From Camelus ferus (taxonomy: Eukaryota), in assembly GCF_009834535.1 (NCBI RefSeq), contig NC_045697.1:1614001-1678000 (forward strand): a stretch of DNA of 64,000 nt, in the 5' to 3' direction. Each line of letters starts with the position of its first letter. Positions within the stretch are counted from its first letter, which is position 1. The position numbers were made by a program, and so were the translations under genes. Shown in pieces: positions 61,571 to 64,000 of this stretch. The notes below the pieces were generated by a model. That model was not told the DNA's origin, ran no database searches, and saw nothing but the letters and a program-made list of their open reading frames with translations.

Positions 61571-63204
61571 CTGCGCATGACTGGGGGTGCGGAGCCACAG
61601 CACAAGTGTGGGCCTGCGCAGGTGGTGACCACAGGCCCCTGGGGCTCACAGCCCCAAGGCGGGTGGGAGCCGCAGCGCCGACGCCTCGGGGAACCCAGCG
61701 GGGCCGTCTCCGTGGGACCGAGCGGTTCTCACCTGCCTGCTCTGCCCTCATCCGCTGCCGCTGCGGCCTCGGGGTACTGCAGACCAGCCTCAAGTTTGAG
61801 AGAAGGCGTGGGGGATACAGGAGCAGAGACTGGAGAATGTCCCTGCCCACCCCCCTGCCCAGTGTGTGTGCTTGAGCTCATGCACACGTGCAGGCTGAAG
61901 CACACGTCCACACGTGTGCACACACAAAATCACACACCTCCTGGAAGGGCCCAGGGAGCCCAGCAGCCACCCCCATGCCAGCCCCCCGACCCGCCCCGGG
62001 TGTCTCCCGAGCCCTGCCCCTGGCAGCCTGGAAGGCGAGTGCTGTCCCTGCTCACTGGGTGGCCTCAGTCCCCTCCTATGTGGGGGCAGATGGTCCCGAG
62101 GGCGGCCCTGTCACTGTGCTGCTGGGGTGTCAGGGCGCTGTGAGCACTGGGCTCTTCCAGGCCCAGTTTTAACTGACAGAAGACGAGAGGGCTTAGTGGA
62201 GGCTGGGCCTGGCAGGGTTCGAACCCAGGCCTCTGGCAGTTTCCCTGACAGCTCCCACAGGATGGCTCCGCGGGCACCCTCAGCAGCACAGGGAGGAGGC
62301 CCCGCTCTGGATGAGACTGAGGCTTCCTGCCCGTGAGCTGACAGGAAGGTCGTGGGGGTCCCTGGGATGAATGGAGGGCGTCCCTGGGGCTCTGTGACGC
62401 GGTGGGCACAGAGGGAGACAGCCAGGGAGGCTGAGCTGACCAGCTACGTGGGTGCCCCTTGACTTTCCTGGGAACCGGTGCAGCTGGAGCCTGTGAGCTG
62501 GGCTGAAATTCCCTAAGAGCTATGTGGTCACCACAGCCCGTTGTTACCCTACTCTCAGCCACCATGTCCCCTTTTCTGCTCCAGCTGGGCCTGGCACTGG
62601 GCATCTGGGCAGGTGCCAACCCAGCTCACCCTGTGGTGCAGGGTGGGGCCGGGGGGGCCGGAGGATGCTGGGGCATCAAGACAGGCTTGCCCTTTGACAG
62701 TCTGTCCTCTGGAGAGGGGCTGCGGGTATCGGCGCCTGTCCCTGAGGCAGGTGAAGCTGGAGCACAACCAGGCCCTGCCACGACCCACCCTCCCCACCCA
62801 AGATCAGTCAGTGGACACCTAAGAGCCCTCACTCTGCCCACAGAGGGACAGTGGCCAGGTGACACTGAGCCCCTCACAGGCCTGTGCCAACCTGCCCACT
62901 GAGCTGACCTGAGTGGGGCTGTGGGCCACCCCAGCTCCTGCCTCCAGCCTCGTGCAGAGCCAGGAGGAGGGGTGGGCTCCATCAGTCCTCACGGCGCTGC
63001 CCCCTGGCACCCAGCTCCCAGCGCACACACCAGGTCTCCTTATAGGACTGGGGAGGGTGCGATATATTGGGCTCAACATTCTATACCTCCTTTGGGGCTG
63101 CCTGGGTGCCCTCTCTGTGCTGAGCCTGAGCTGGAGAGGATGCGGGACAGTGACGAAGGACCCCTAGAGGTCGGGGGGACGGTCTGAAAGAGGGGATGCT
63201 TGAG

Positions 63205-64000
63205 CTAACTCTTCTCCCACTTCTGGGTTGTTTGGTGCGCGTGTAGAGAAACAGGCTGGCTTCTGTGCGTTGATCAGGTACCTGCCGCTGGCTGAGCTTG
63301 TCTATTAGTTCCCACCATTCTTTAGTGGGTTCCTTGGAATTTTCTGTATACATCTAATCTGTGAGTAGTTTTACTTTTTCCTGCCAATCTGTCTAGCTTT
63401 CATGTCTTTTTCGGGCCTAAGCTTCCTGGCTAGAAGCCCTGTTACAAGTTTGAATAGAAGTGACAAGAGCAGACATCCTTGCCTTGTCCCTGACTTTAGG
63501 GGAAAGCTTTCCGTCACTCAGCACCGATCACGACGTTGACTCTGGCTCTTCGCAGACGCCTTTACCAGGCTGAGGAGGTCTCCTCCTGTTCCTGGTCTGC
63601 TGAGTGTTGTTCTCGTCCTGTAGGATTGTCAGATTTTGTCAAATGCTTTCTCTGCATCTATTGAGAGGATCGTATGGGTTTTGTTCTTTATTTGATTGAT
63701 ATGTTGTATTACACTCTTTGAATCTTGGAAGTTAAATCAACCTTGCATTCCTAGGATAATCCCACTCGGCATGGCGAAGAAGCCTTTTCACAGGGTGCTG
63801 GATTCAGTTTGCCAGTGTTGTTGGTGAAAAGCTTTGTCTGCATTCGCAAGGGATATGGGGCTGTAGTTTTCTTTTTTTGTGATGTTTTTGGTTTTGGTAT
63901 CAGGGTAATGCTGACCTCTTAGAATGAGTGCCTTCCTGTTCTGTTTTTGGAAGAGTTCGTGAAGGACTGGTGTTCATTTGAACTGATTCTTGAGGGTTAA
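63205..64000 (-). mobile_element. Old LINE-1 ORF2 (RT region) fragment running off the window
   Basis: Antisense L1 blocks 'ttgaatagaagtgacaagagcagacatccttgccttgtccctgac', 'gattttgtcaaatgctttctctgcatctattgag', 'ttttggtatcagggtaatgctgacctc'. Confidence 0.9.

Noticed and set aside
37395..63187. Many 100-316 aa ORFs on both strands in the GC-rich SH3BP2 upstream region and intron 1
   Set aside because: No recognisable domains or consistent exon structure; no PH or SH2 domain exons of SH3BP2 are visible in the window.

Overview
Mammalian genomic DNA, probably camelid (tRNA-Ala-derived Vic-1-type SINEs). It is the divergent TNIP2 / SH3BP2 locus. The first coding exon of TNIP2 (minus strand, 9061-9339) lies in a CpG island, with intron 1 running to the left edge. 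About 34 kb to the right is a second CpG island with a non-coding first exon, assigned to SH3BP2 (plus strand). An alternative SH3BP2 coding first exon follows at 59800-59882. The intergenic space holds a decayed ERV1/gammaretrovirus-like provirus (13828-25468, minus strand; both LTRs, PPT, degenerate PBS, gag/pro/pol motifs, no recognisable env). Nested inside it are two Tigger1 derivatives, an L1, a SINE and a solo LTR. The rest is L1, HAL1, MLT1, L2 and simple repeats. I found no new gene or coding system; almost all long ORFs in the track are GC-rich artefacts. The best leads are regulatory: a solo LTR with a palindromic GAS/AP-1/ETS cluster between two immune-signalling genes, a TNIP2 promoter built from repeated GC-box/ETS units, a minisatellite grading into the CpG island, and convergent CTCF motifs around the SH3BP2 promoters. 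Gene and repeat-family names come from my recollection of known sequences, not from a search. Boundaries of old repeats are approximate.
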